Assembly: GCF_036365525.1 (NCBI RefSeq)
Contig: NW_027141290.1
Coordinates: 570,062-634,061 of the forward strand
Direction of reading: 5' to 3'
DNA length: 64,000 nucleotides
DNA from: Heterodontus francisci
Lineage: Eukaryota
Shown here: positions 37,130-51,146 of the stretch, one piece after another
Position numbering within the stretch: position 1 is the stretch's first letter
Layout: the number at the start of each line of letters is the position of its first letter
Notes under the pieces: model-generated
What the model saw: only the letters and a program-made list of their open reading frames with translations
Database searches by the model: none
What the model was told of the DNA's origin: nothing
Position numbers and translations under genes: made by a program

Positions 37130-38042
37130 GCCGAATGAAGCACATGCGCGGTACAGCCCCGCCTCCACCGGTGATTGTGAATGAGCGAACGAGCGCATGC
37201 GCGCTCCCCTACTCCAGCAAATCTGTTGAACACCATTTACTCAGTGAGCGGTAAGAGTTTGTTTTTAACAGAGGGAATGGAGATATTGCAGCCTAGGGGT
37301 AAGGCAGTAAACAGCAATCTGCTTCCAGCAGCACATTGCTTTGGGATCCTGTCCGCAGTCTGGACCAGAGATCTCCATTGACTCCGGGGCAAGTTCAGGG
37401 AGAGTCGCGGGCTGTTTGTGAGAGGCACTGTGGAGGATGAACTGATCCCGGAACATGGAGTGAGCGGCGGAATGGAGAGGCCTTTCTCGGCCTGTGTGTG
37501 CACTAGGTAAGTGAGACCGAACGTGAATAAGCTGCTGTTGAAAATCTTTTCTGTTTCTCGCCTCAGTTCTGTAATACATGTTCGTGGTTTAACTCCTGTT
37601 TCACGCTGTTTACTGTGAGTGTACCTTTCAAGTGTTCACCTGCCTCGGCTCAACTATCACCAGTAACCTGTCTGTAGATGCAGAAATCAACAAGCGCATG
37701 GGTAAGGCTTCCACTGCTATGTCCAGACTGGCCAAACCTGATCTGCACAAACATCACTCAGGTAATCGCAATCTTGGAAGAGTGCAGATGTTGGCTTGTT
37801 TCTGGATGTCACTAAATTGTTGTAAATCGGTTAAAACACCTGATCAGCAGATGCTGAGATCTGCAGTGAAATCAGACACTGACATTCTTTGTATTTCTGG
37901 TGAGTATTTGTGGTTAGTAATAATGATTATTAATTGAAATGTTACATTAATCTCTTTTCTAGCTTCCACCTCAACTGATCTTCAGTTACAAGATATATTA
38001 TTCTTCCTTTCTGTCGGCAAATACTTCCAGGGAACAAAATGA
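37130..38042 (+). other. Candidate small spliced gene or lncRNA (promoter + exons)
   Basis: NRF1-like and GC boxes at 37142-37205; ATG 37277 to donor GGG|GTAAG 37299; donor CTG|GTGAGT 37900; acceptor CTTTTCTAG| 37962; TGA 38040-38042. Mirror copy at 53443-54590. Confidence 0.4.
37633..37735 (+). mobile_element. RTE/BovB-like RT internal fragment
   Basis: FTCLGSTITSNLSVDAEINKRMGKASTAMSRLAK resembles the RTE-clade segment following the RT core. Confidence 0.75.
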
Positions 38043-38399
38043 ATGTGATGATTCCCAGGCACAAGGAAATGTGCAGTCAGCTCCTTGCAACACAGAGTAG
38101 GTTTGTTATCACTCCCAGAGGCCATCAGTTAATTCCAGAGTCACATGGAGCAGAAATAGTCAAACTCTCACTGATCCCAAGTTCAGAGACACATTTTCAA
38201 TCCAGCAATCAAACAAAGCAGAAGAGACAGACATTGTTTGGAATCCATTCCAATTCTGTACTGCTGAAAGTTAGGTGCCTCAATCTCAATTCAAAAGCAC
38301 ACCCACGATCAAATTGAAAGACACCATATCAATCTCACAAGAGGGACACATCCTGGAGACAGTAAGATAGAGAGTGAATCTCACCCTCACATACCTGAA

Positions 38400-38900
38400 A
38401 CTGTGTGCAGTTCTGGTCACCTAATTACAGAAAGGATGTAACTGGACTGGAGTGTGTTCAGAGGAGATTTATTTGGATGTTGCCAGGGCTGGAAAAATGC
38501 AGCTGTGTGGAAAGATTGGATAGGCTGCGGTTTTTCTCTTTGGAACAATGAAGGCTGAGGGGAGATCTGATTGAAATCTATAGAATTTTGAGGGACCTGG
38601 ACAGTTTGGAGGTGAAGGGTCTATTCACATTAACAGAGAGGTCAGTGACGAAGGCCAGAGATTTAAAGTGATTGGTAGAAAAATTAGAGGGGAGATGAGG
38701 GAAAGAAAATCACCCAGAGGGTGTTGGGGGTCTGGAACTCACTGCCTGAAAGGATAGTTGAGGCAGGAACCCTCAACTAATTCAGAAGTACTCTGGCTAG
38801 GCACCTCAAATGCCGTCAACTGCAGGGATCCGGACCAAATCCTGGAAGGTGGGATTAGAACAAGTGGCCTCTTTCCGTGCCTTAAACTTTCTATGATTCT
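38400..38900 (+). mobile_element. CR1 LINE 3' fragment
   Basis: CVQFWSP...LRGDLIE...WNSLP remnants and a 3' tail. Confidence 0.8.
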
Positions 38901-38934
38901 ATGGAATTGATGATTAAAAGAAAATAAACACATT

Positions 38935-41900
38935 CCTATACTGTAAACAGACAGACACAGAGTGAAATTCACAATTACAAATTATTAAAGAGTTAAAGTA
39001 AAGATTAAAACCTCCAGCCACAGAAGGGAGACTGACAGCTACAGTGAAGAAAATAAAACCACTCACATGCAAGAGACTGCAGATAGAAAATAACACCAGA
39101 GTCCCCTAACAGAGACAGACAGTTACCACGTAAAACACATGGACACATACCAGAGACTGAGAGGGACAAAGGAAAATCAATTCTCCAATAAGAGAAATTG
39201 AATGAGAGGAATAACACACATACTTGTGTAGTAGACATTGATAGCTGCAGAACAAAAGAAAATGTGCACACACACCTATCAGGAACTGTAAGCTGCAGAT
39301 TAAAACACACAGACCAAAAATAGAAAGGTTCAGAGAAAAGCCCCATATCACACACTCGAGTTTGAAAGATACAGAATAAATCCACACTGTTACATATTAA
39401 CTTTACAGGTGCAGCTTAACAGTGACACTCACATACCAGAAACCAACTGGTGCAAAGGAAAACTCACTCAAGTAACAGAAACTGACAGGTAAAAATCAAA
39501 AACCATAATTATATACAGAAAATGGCAGGTATAGAATAAAACAACAATCACATATTGGAAGTTGGCAGGTGGGGGGGGCGGGGGGGGACACCTGCATGTT
39601 CCATAAACTGACAGGTACAGAGTAAAATAAACATTCATATACTATCAATGGACAGGTGCAGATTTAACCCCTCATTCAATTAACAGAAGCTGAAAGGTGC
39701 TCACTCAAATTCCAAAATTGAAAGATACAGAATAAACCCACATTCACACACCAGATACTGACAGGAACAGAACCCACATGCCACTCACAGAAACAGATAG
39801 GGACAGAACAAAGGCCACAATCACATACCAGAAACTGACAGGGAAAGATAAAAACCTTCACACATTTCAGAAAGTAACAGGTGCAGGATAACTGCCTCCC
39901 TCACATATGAGAAACTGACAGATATAGATTGACACCCAGACTCGCATACTAGAAAATAACAGCTAAAGATTAAAATCTACATTTACATATCAGAAAATAG
40001 CAACTGCAGTATAAAAGCCACACTCAACTAGCAGAGACTGACAGACACAGAGTGAAATCCACAGTGAATTCCAAGAAATTTACTGTTAGAGAGTGAAAAT
40101 CTCTCATCCATAACTGACAGACACAAAGAAAACCCAACACTTGCACTTCACACTCTGACAGATGCAGAATAAAACACACACATAATTAAGAAGATTTATA
40201 AACCAGATACTGACAGATACAGACTAAAACTCAATGTCACTTAACATAAACTGACAGATGCAGAATAAATTCAGCAGTCACAGACCAGAGAATGAAATGT
40301 ACAAAGTAAACCTCACAGACACATGTCAGAAATTGCCATGTACAGATTAAAAATCATACTCACATTCTAGAGAATGTAGAGATGTGGTGTACAATCCAGA
40401 CTCAAAAGCCAGACTAAAAATCGTACTTGTATACCAGACCGTGACATAGACAGGTTAAAAACCATAAGTGCACATTAGAAATTTAAATGCACAGGTTAAA
40501 ACTTAAATTTACAAACCAGACAATCAAAGATAAAGAGTGAACACCACTCATATACAAGAAAGTGTTCGATTAACAGTCAAACCCACATTCACATGCAGGA
40601 AAGTGAGGGGCACAAGTTCAAGAAACACAAACAAACATCAGAAACTGAAAGATACAGAATAAGATGTTTCTCACATAAAACAAAGTGACAGATACAGACA
40701 AACCCACACTCAAAATCAGAAACTGACAGAGATAAACTGTAGACTAGGGATTGAGAGAGAAAGAGTGAAACTTACACCCGTGTCCAAGAAACTGAATAAT
40801 ACAGCAAAAGAAGTGAAAAAAAACACTCACCCACGATAAAAGAATAAAACTGCACTAACACACCAGAAACTGACAGGCATGAAGCAAACCCCCGTGCCAC
40901 CCCCCACCCCCTGCCCCCGCACCCAATACAGAAAAACACAACAGAAACTGACAGCCATGAAATAAAAGCTACACACACATACCAGAAAGTGACAAGTACA
41001 GTTCCATACTGAAAAATACAAGGAAACAAGATAAAAACCAACACTCACGATTCTGAGTTAGACTGAGGTAGAGTAAAATCTTGATGCAAATACCAGAGAC
41101 TGACTGGTACAGATATAAAACTCAATCAATAAGAAAGTGCGAGGTGCAGACTAAACCCCACAAATGGGGATCAGAATGAAACTGGTACAAAGTAAAATTC
41201 AAACCAACTTTTCAGAAACAGACAGGTAACAAGAAGAAAGAAAGACACAACCTCAAAGACCAGAGTATGAGGGTTACAGAGTAAAACCCATGCTCGTTAA
41301 TCAGGAATTGCCATGTACAGAATTAAAAACCTCTCATTCACACTAGAAACTTACAGGTACAAAGGAAATCCCACACTCACACTTCAGAGACTGACAAATA
41401 TTCAGAAAAAATACCGTTTTAACAGAGATTGACAGGAACAGAATTAAGCACACCATCAAGATAAACAAATGGCAGATTCAGCATAAATCACAAATTCCCA
41501 TTGCAGAGATTGACATGCACAGAGTAAAATGAACACCTATTCCGCAGAAATTAACAATCACCCTTTAAAAGTACAGTCACAGAATAGAAACTGTCCGTTC
41601 AAGGTCGAAGCAGATTCACAGAACAAATTGAAATATACAGTGTGAACCTCCTACTCAAACACCAGAAGCTAATAGGTACACAGTAAAAAGTAAAACTGAT
41701 AATGACATACCAGACACAGACAGACAGAAAAAAGCCAATATCACGTAGCAGAATCTGACAAATACAGAATAAAATGTATAGTAGCAGATCAGATATTGAC
41801 AGGAAAAGCACTACCATAAAGCAACAAGTACAGAATAATGGCCATACTGACAAGTGTGATATTGATAGGTACAGGGAAAACGTTACACTCACCAGAGACA

Positions 41901-44570
41901 TGCAGAAACAGAATAAAACCCACATACAGATAAAGTAACTCAGAGGTACACAGTAAAATCCACATTCACATGCCAGAAACAGACAGGGAAAGTAAAACAT
42001 ATCCTCACAAATCATGCACAGACAAGTACAGAGTAATAGCGGCATTCACATTACAGAGACTGACAGATGCAGGGTAAAATCCACAATCAATTACCACAAA
42101 CAAAAAGGTACAGAAGAAAGCAGATATTTCCTTTGCAGTCAATGACAACATGCTGGGTAAAATCCACATTCCCATATCAGAAATGAAAGGGTGAAGAGTG
42201 ATCCCACATTCACTCGCCAGAATAAAGAAGGTACAGTGTAAATGAAAGCAGAAAATACTGGAAACAATGCTCATTCTCACATAACAGATAGTGAGACATT
42301 CAAAACAAAACCACTGTTCACTCCAGCAGAAACTGACAGGTACATTACAAAACCAACACTTACATACCAGAAGCTGATAGATACATAATAAAACCCACAC
42401 TCACATCAGAAGTTGGCAGGTACAGTGGAAACCCCATATGTGTTTATCAGATACAGAGAAAAACCCACAGTCACATTCCACATTCTGGGATAAAGAATAA
42501 ATCCCTCACTCTCATACTATACAAAGAGGGACAGGTAGTTGGACAGATCGAGATGTGTAAGAGTTTCTTCATTGTTTTTTAAATATAAACAAACAGATCA
42601 TGTCTTTCAGACTGACAGATGGAGGATGACTTCCACACTCATACTGTACCAGTGATGAACAGACACAGAACGAATGCTATTCATATGCACACCTTTATGA
42701 TTATTTGTAGTGTATGTTTATGGGATGTGAGCATCTCCAGGAAGGCCAGTAATAGTTGTCCATCCCTCATTGCCATTTAGAAGATAGTGTCTTGTGGCCT
42801 TCTTGCTCCCTCCAGTCTTTGTAGTGTAGGTACACCCAAAGTGGTGTTCGGTAGGGAGTTGCAGAATTTGGACTGAATGATGATGCAGGAATGGTGTTAT
42901 TTTTCCAAGCCAGGATGACATATGAACTGGTGATGAAATTGCAGGTGGTCTTGTTCTCATACGTTTCCTGCCCATGTTCTACTTTGCAGCAGATGTCGTG
43001 GGTTTGGCAGGTGCTGTTTCATGGTGCTTCCTCTGGTTGATGCAGTACGTCTTGTAGATGGTACACACTGTGCACTGGTGGTGGAGGGAGTAAATGGTTA
43101 AGCTGGTGAATGGTAAGCCAATCAAGCCTACTGCTTTGTCCTGGATGGTATAGGGTTTCTTGAGTATTGTTAGAGGTGCATACATCCAGGCAAGTGGGGA
43201 GTAATCCATCAGACTTCTGACTTGTGGCTTGTCAGTGGTGGAAAGTCTTTAAGGAGTTTGGACGTGAGTTACTAACCACAGAGTTTCCGGCTTCTGAGCA
43301 GCTCTGGAAGCCATAGTGGTAATATGGCAGGAAAAGTGTAAATCCTGCAGTCATTTCCCATAAAGTAACATGCACAGAATAATGGGCAGATGAAACAAGA
43401 TAATGACAGGCCGAGGACACAAGCCACAATCACTAATCATATGCTTGTGGACACAGAATAAAACCCACAATCACATACCAGTAACTGAGAGATGCATCGT
43501 AAAAGCCACATTCATATGTCAGGAACAGAAAGGGAAAGTAAAAACACTTGCTGACAAATCTGACGCAGACAGACACAGAGTAATAGCAACATTCACATTC
43601 CAGATACTGACAGATATAGAGCAAAAGCTCCGATCAATTACAAGAAACAAACAGGTACAGAATAAAATACATACTTGCTTTGTAGTAACTGACAGATACA
43701 GAATAAAATCCACATTCACATATCAGAAACTGACAGGTGAAGATTAAAAGACACAGTCACATGTCACAAACTGACAGATACAGGGTGATCTCACATTCAC
43801 TTGTCAGAATATAAAAGGTAAAGAATAAAAATCTTTCTTCCAGACCGGAAACTGAGAGGCACAGAATAAAGGAGCGCCTTTCATTGCAGTAACTGACCAG
43901 AACAGAGGAAAATCCATATTCACATGTCAGAAACTGACAGGAACAGAAAGAACACACACTCACATACCAGAAATTGGCACACAGAATAAAATTCACACGC
44001 GAATTTCAGAAATTAACTTTACAGATGAAAATCCACGATCATACAGCAGAAAGTGAGATGTACAATTAAACCCAGCTTCTGACACGTGAGGCAAACACAC
44101 ACAGAGTAAAAACAATGCTCATGTCACATACCAGAAGCAGGCAGATGCAGATCACAACCCACACTCACATATCAGATACTGGCAGTTACCGTGTGAAATA
44201 ACTCTTAATGATCACTGACAGGGATATGATACACTCCACATTCATTCATCAGAAACTTACAGATACAGATAATAAACAGTACTTACATAAAACAGATTGG
44301 CAGGAACAGGTTAAAACATGCCATCATATATAGATGTCTGATAGGTACAGAATACAGTCGAGGCCTCCAAACCAGAGACTGACATGTCGAGTGAAAACCA
44401 GACTCACCTGTCATCAATTAACATGTGCAGTGTGAAGCTACACAAACATATTACTGACTAACAAGTACAGAGGCAAAATCAAACAACCTTCCATAGCAGA
44501 AACTGACAGGTACAGATTAAACTCCAAATTTGCATATCGGACACTAACAAAGAGAAAGGCCCAGACTTCC
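38935..44570. repeat. Ancient degenerate ~41-bp satellite (strongly A/C-skewed)
   Basis: Recurrent CAGAAACTGACAGGTACAGAATAAAACCCACACTCACATAC-like units. Reverse-complement family of the 21.1-kb minisatellite; related decayed tracts at ~7.3-8.9 kb. Confidence 0.8.
42710..43320 (-). mobile_element. LINE 3' fragment of a different family inserted in the satellite
   Basis: MDYSPLAWM...TIQDKAVGLIG...SLHH resembles the C-terminal ORF2 region of CR1/L2-group LINEs. Confidence 0.6.
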
Positions 44571-45278
44571 ATAAGTTTAGTTTCAATAATTAATAAGTAC
44601 ATTATTTAGAAACCCCGGTTGTGTCGGAACCCTCAGTCTCACTCTTCAACACCTCACACTGAAAATCCACACTCCTCTTTTGTCTCCCACGAATCGGGAC
44701 CAATTTATAATGCGAGATGCGTTTTTTCTAACATTGATCTGAAATGTATCCGGTTGCAGAATGTTGTGAATGAGACTTTTTGCCTGGCGGTTACAGACTG
44801 TTTTAAAACAGGACAGAGAATGAAGCCGAATAGATGTCGGATTGTAAAAGCGAATCTGGAACTTGTGAGAAAATGTGAAATAATACAATATGGGGGATAT
44901 TTTTACATCCCTGTCGTAAGGCTATATGATCTATTAACGTGATCTGCAGTGAAGCCGCTCCTTGTTTTACAAATCTGTTAGCAGGCTTTTCAAATTTGAA
45001 AAAGAAGCTGTTTGGAGTCTGCCAATCCTGAGCGGTTATTTTCCGCCCTATTAACGTGATGCCTCCGGATTGGTGAACTAAGCAACTATCTGATTGGTAA
45101 CATGAACAACACAATGAGAAGCTGCACAGAGTGACCAATCACCAGTGTACTCACTATCATTCATCCAGAAGGGATAAGTGGACGGATTTGATCATTCTTC
45201 CTGAACTGTTTTGTAATGTAGTTTTTACAGATTTTTATGATGAAAGATTTTTTTTTGGAGGGCGCGGGTGGGGTGTTA

Positions 45279-45594
<316 letters not shown>

Positions 45595-45898
45595 TGAGAG
45601 ACGGCAATTTTATAATGCAAGCGCTGCTTTGTGTTGGTATGATTCGGGATTTAGCCGCTTGCCTCTGGAGATATTTGTCAGGCATTTTAACAATTCCAGC
45701 GTTTCTGCGCAAATAAAGCTTTTGTTTAGTCCTAAACTGCTCGCCCCTCCAATAAAATGATCTGTGCACATTGGTTTCGCTGCTCTGGACCACATTTCTC
45801 TGCTGCAGAGATCGCAGCTCTTTGTTTTGCCGATTTGGTGGCTCTTAAAAGAGCCGTTGTGTTATTTAATGCCAAACTCAGTTCGAGGCAGGGTGAGT

Positions 45899-46366
<468 letters not shown>

Positions 46367-46769
46367 CTATTTAAGACAGTTGAGGGACCGCCCTAGTGTT
46401 GTGATTGGATGCAGCCCCGTCCATCAGTCAAGTTTGAAACCAGCTCTGGGAAATAAAAGGGCGGCGGGAAATGCTGCGCCCCAATTGGTTGAACTGTAAC
46501 TGAAATGTAATCGAACTCAAAAAGCCCGCCAATTTCAGATAGCAAAACAAGGCAAAAATTTAAAAAAAAAACTAATTTTGCGGGATGAATTATGAAATCT
46601 GACTCCTTGCAGCTTCATTTATTTCGTCCGAGATCCCACACTGTCTTCCATCTCGGTTTGACTCGGCCCTCACGAATACATTATCACTTGCAGCCATTTC
46701 ATTCATGACGCGCTGAATCAACATGGAAAAGAAACATACAGTAAAACAACGCGACAGAGTTGGGTATCC

Positions 46770-47185
46770 TGGTACATGAATCACAAAATGTTAGTATGCA
46801 CGGACAACATGAGTTTAGGAAGAGAAATGGAATGATGTCAGTTATTGCAAGGGGAATGGACTATTAAAGTAAGGAAGATTTGCTACAGTTGTCCAGGTTA
46901 TTGGTGAGACTGTATCTGTAATACTGTGTACAGTTTTTGTCTCCTTACTGATGAAAGCACAGAAATTGCATTTGAAGCAGTTCAGAGAAGGTTCACCCGA
47001 CTGATCGCTGGGATGAAGGGGTTATCTTCTGGGAAATGGTTGGACCGGTTGGCCTGTACCCATTGGAGTAAAGGAGAATGAGAAGTGATCTCATTGAAAT
47101 CCATAAGATCTTGAGAGCACTTGGCAGGGTGGATACTGAGAGGATGTTTCCCCTTATGAGAGAGACTCGAACCAGGAATACAAGG
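46770..47185 (+). mobile_element. Degraded CR1 3' fragment
   Basis: YCVQFLSP...VQRRFTRLI...DLIE remnants. Confidence 0.75.
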
Positions 47186-47219
47186 ATCCTTGCTAAAAGT
47201 GAAAGACACAGGAAGCATC

Positions 47220-47789
47220 TGTAAAGTGTGTAGATTAAACCAATTAGGATAATCGGAACAATTCGGAACCTAATATGGTAAAATAAAGGGTGATAGGGGA
47301 TATCATCGATACACTCAGCAAGGGGTGAACAGAACATTGTTGGCACACTTAGAAGGAGAAGATAGACTATGGTCAACACAGCAAGAGAAGAAGAAGGAGA
47401 GACGTCCATGTCCCAGCAAGCTCAGAAGCAAGAACCAGTACTGAGTGTTACTGTATACTTATTGCTGTTGCTAAGGATTGACTTTGTGCATCTTAGTTAA
47501 GCCTAATAAACTCTCTGACTTGATCACGGAACTTGACTCTGTACCTTGTTGGTCCATCTTGGTCCGGAATCTCAAGGTGAGACGCGTTGGATATTCTCTG
47601 TCTCACCTCTGTTCAGGTAACATCTACCTGAAACTTACAGCTCTTTACTATTCACATACATTTCTTTGTATTTTGTCCTCCTCAAACTTCCAAATTATGG
47701 TCCTTTGAAAGCAATGTTGTTAATAAAGGTTGCTGTGTCAGCCGACTGCATACTTCTTCGCATTAAAAATACATCAGTTCACTACGACA
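47220..47789 (+). mobile_element. LTR-like element
   Basis: TGTAAAGTG...CACTACGACA termini with internal AATAAA (47505). Same 5' flank (GGAAGCATC) as the 17.7-kb copy. Confidence 0.55.
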
Positions 47790-49894
47790 CTCTGTCTCCT
47801 ATCCTTTAGCCAACTACCATCTCAGCATACCAGTATCAATTTTTAACATGAACTTCTATTTTCTGTGTAACTCTGTTATGTACTACTTGATCGAATGCCT
47901 TTTAAAAAGCAGATATCCAATATCGATCCAACTACCTTCAGCAAAGTCAACCCCAAGAATTCAATCAGGTTAGTCGCACATGATTTGTCCTAAGCAAATC
48001 GGTATTGCATGTCGCTTATTAACTCATCATTCTTCAAGTTGAAGTTCATTTGATCCTTGACACTTGTCTCCAATTGTTTTCGACCACTGATGGACTGTCG
48101 TCACCAGCTTTCTCCTTCCCATTTCCAGAACAGGACTGTAACATTTGCACTGTTTCAGGCAACTGGAACTACTTCAGTATCCAAACATTATCGTCAGGAT
48201 TTCTGTTATCTCCCTCAGCAATCTGGGATGCTTTCTATCTGGACTCATTAACGTGAAGTGATCCCAATCTATTGAGAACCTCCTTTCTGTCTATTTTCAT
48301 TCTATCCAATATCTCTGTATCCCTTCTCTACCGGGACATTAACTTCATCCTTGCTTTTGTGAACAGACATATAACGCACTCATTCATTTCCTTTTCCAAC
48401 ACAAGGAGATTTCCGTTCTTTATCCCTAAAAGCTCCGCAATTTCTTGCACTATCATTTTGCATTTTTGTATATTTATCAATAAATTTTTATTCTCTCTGC
48501 TGTTACTCATTAATATTTTCTTATAATCTCTTGCAAACATTTTTCTTTTTATCCCTGCACTCTCACTATTCTGCCTGGTTGGAATCATGGTGATGTCGAG
48601 GATATGGGATATTTGTATCAATCACTGCCATTATTATTTAAGTGTTTGGCGCTGCAAACAATCTTTGAGTCATATTGATCAAAAGCAAATTATTGGTAAG
48701 GTGTGTGAGGCTGAGACTGGAAGGTTGTCTGAATAAGGCAGGACAGAGGGTGCAGGGACGGCTCCTCATTTGGCTAAAACACTCTGTTAGAAGTGTAAGA
48801 TTGAGTCCGAGTATTTCCAGGATGAAGGATAAACATCTGATAGTCTCTGTTTAATATCAACGGAGTGAAACTCTTGGTCACGGAAATGATACCTGAAAGG
48901 CCTTGTGCTGTCAATCTGCCGTGTGTATGTGGCGGGGAAGGATGGAGTGGAAGAGCCTCTGTATTTCTCCAGTACTGAATTACTCTGGGTTGGATGTTTA
49001 ATCAGTTTCTAACTCTGCCTGTTGGGTGAGTAGGCGACAGAAACGATACCAGTTCCCATCCCTGTGTGACTGTCACTCCTTCTGTTGTGTGTGTGCAAGA
49101 TTAAACCCTGAGTCCCTCTATCCAGCTCTGGCTGCTATATCTGGAAAGATGCTGAGTCTTTCAGTAGTTGATCTGCTCAAACCGAGTTCAAGGCCTGAGT
49201 GGTGAACAGAATTTCACATTAATTGTGTGAATAATACGATGATTGAACAGCAGGTTATGATCGACTGGACCAAAGGCTGGAAAAATTCCTGTCCATAAAT
49301 CTTTCAACAGGGAGTTCGATGATCTGCTGGTTCCGAGTGTTTCAGGGAAACAGGAGTAGAAATCGGCAGCTGAGCCCTGAAAATTCACAGCAAAGACTGT
49401 GTACATGAGGACATTTAACAACCGGGAGCTGAAACTCTGGGACGGGCTCTATTGTCACTGTGTTTGTGTGTCCGGTATAATCGCGGCAGCTCCGTGTCTC
49501 TCTTGTTTAGAATGAAACAATGAAGATCGCCATTCGGTATTACTCACATTGACCGCGGGTTTCATTCCAGTTAGACAAACCTTTGCTGGCTGAAATGAAT
49601 TCTACAAGGTCCCAGCAAACACACCGACTTCCTCCTTCCTCCCATGTTTCTGTCGGATTGTTTTGAGAGGAGGGTCTCAAGAATAACAAACACCCTGCAG
49701 GGAGAGACGGCAATTTGAACATCTAAATAGGATCAACTCCCGGCTTTCTAGGTTATAAATTCACTCCACCCCACCCCACTCTCCCTCCACCAATCCCCAC
49801 CCTTCCTCCACCCTAACCCCATGTTCAGTTTCATTGTTCACACATTGATGAGGGTGAAATGGGGAAAGTTCCCATTTATTTTCGTTGCAGAGAG

Positions 49895-50050
49895 CTGCGC
49901 ACGCGCGGTATAGCCCCGCCCACTGGAGACGTCATCATGAGGAGAAGAGCGCATGCTCCCCCAACACTGGTTCTGAGCGTCATTCAGTGAGTGAGCGGAA
50001 GATTGTTTAAATCAGCTGCGAATGGAGACATCCGGGTCCCGGGGTAAGTG
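49895..50050 (+). promoter_or_regulatory. Promoter and first-exon module
   Basis: TGCGCACGCGC, GCCCCGCCC, GACGTCA, GCGCATGC, GCGGAAG, then ATGGAGACATCCGGGTCCCGGG|GTAAGT. Confidence 0.6.
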
Positions 50051-50172
50051 AACAAACAACATCTGCTTCCAGCAGCAACACCAGGTTTGGGAGCGAGTCT
50101 GCAGATGTGTTCAGAGATTAACATTGAATAGCGGGGAAGTTCAGCGGGAGTCGGGGACTGTGTGGAATGTAC

Positions 50173-50500
50173 ACCGGAGCCCTGGATCCCCGAGTCCAAC
50201 CCGAGCGGGACCCGAGCACATGTGTCCGCCTTGGCTCGGGCCCAGCTTGCGGCTCCGGCTTTCGGGCTCGGGTCCAGTTCGGGTCGGGTCGGACACACTT
50301 GGTCAGTCTCTGCTGGTCAGTATTGAAATTTTAAAAAAACTGACCGGAGCTGGGAGTCCGGGTCGGAATTGAGTCTGCGCAGTGAGCCGGTGCCGGCACT
50401 GTCATCACGCATGCGCTGCACCTTTTTTTGGTTGGGTGTCAGGAAGGGTTGAGTCGGGTCCGCTGTTGTTCGGTCGGGTTCTTGGTGTGTGTGTCGACAG
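50173..50500. mobile_element. Possible DNA-transposon end rich in TCGGGT/ACCCGA motifs
   Basis: Begins where homology to the 13.4-kb copy stops. Many (T)CGGGT motifs in both orientations, reminiscent of hAT subterminal repeats. No matching second end found. Confidence 0.35.
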
Positions 50501-51146
50501 GAGTCCTGACAGTGAACAGTTTAATTTTTTTTATATAAATACTGTATATTTTATAATCATTTTACGATAATTATTCATTCAGGACCTTCCTGTTCTCTGC
50601 ATTTCAGCTGCTCACTGGATAAACTTGCCGCAAGTATTTCAACCTGTAAATCAGTAGTTTACATAATGTATAGTGATATTTACTGAGCCTTCTGGCAATC
50701 GCTGTGTTTATATTAAGCAATACAGATACTGGTACAGTGTGGAAACAACTCCATGGGTTTCTATTTAACTCGTGACGAAACAATCACTGACATTGTGCTC
50801 CAATCATCATCTTTTTAACAATCTTTCAACCGGCTGAAACAGATTGTTTATCTGACAGTGCCACAAAAACTTACAAAGATGTCAAAAGATAGATGGACAC
50901 TCTGAAAGCTTTGGAGGTTTGAGATTCATCCATGACATCAAATAATCTAGGCTAAGAATATTTTTCTTTAAAAAAAGTGATAGGTCACGTCATGTAAAAT
51001 TGTATTAAATGTCAATGCTGGAAATTGATCAACATGCTTTGTCAATGGTAACATATATGTTTTGTTTTGATTTGTCGGCTATTCGAGGTGCTGGCTATTA
51101 TGTGTTTGCTGATCAACCAGAAGTCTTCAATCAAACATTAATGTAG

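Noticed and set aside
38039-38317. 92-aa ORF open in both B and D copies
   Set aside because: Recent duplication explains the conservation, and the diverged copy at 9.3-9.7 kb is frameshifted relative to it.
39568-39588. G-run with quadruplex potential
   Set aside because: Isolated homopolymer tract inside a satellite with no functional context.
38739-43996. Many Cys/Phe/Val-rich minus-strand ORFs resembling membrane proteins
   Set aside because: Translation artefacts of the strand-skewed degenerate satellite.
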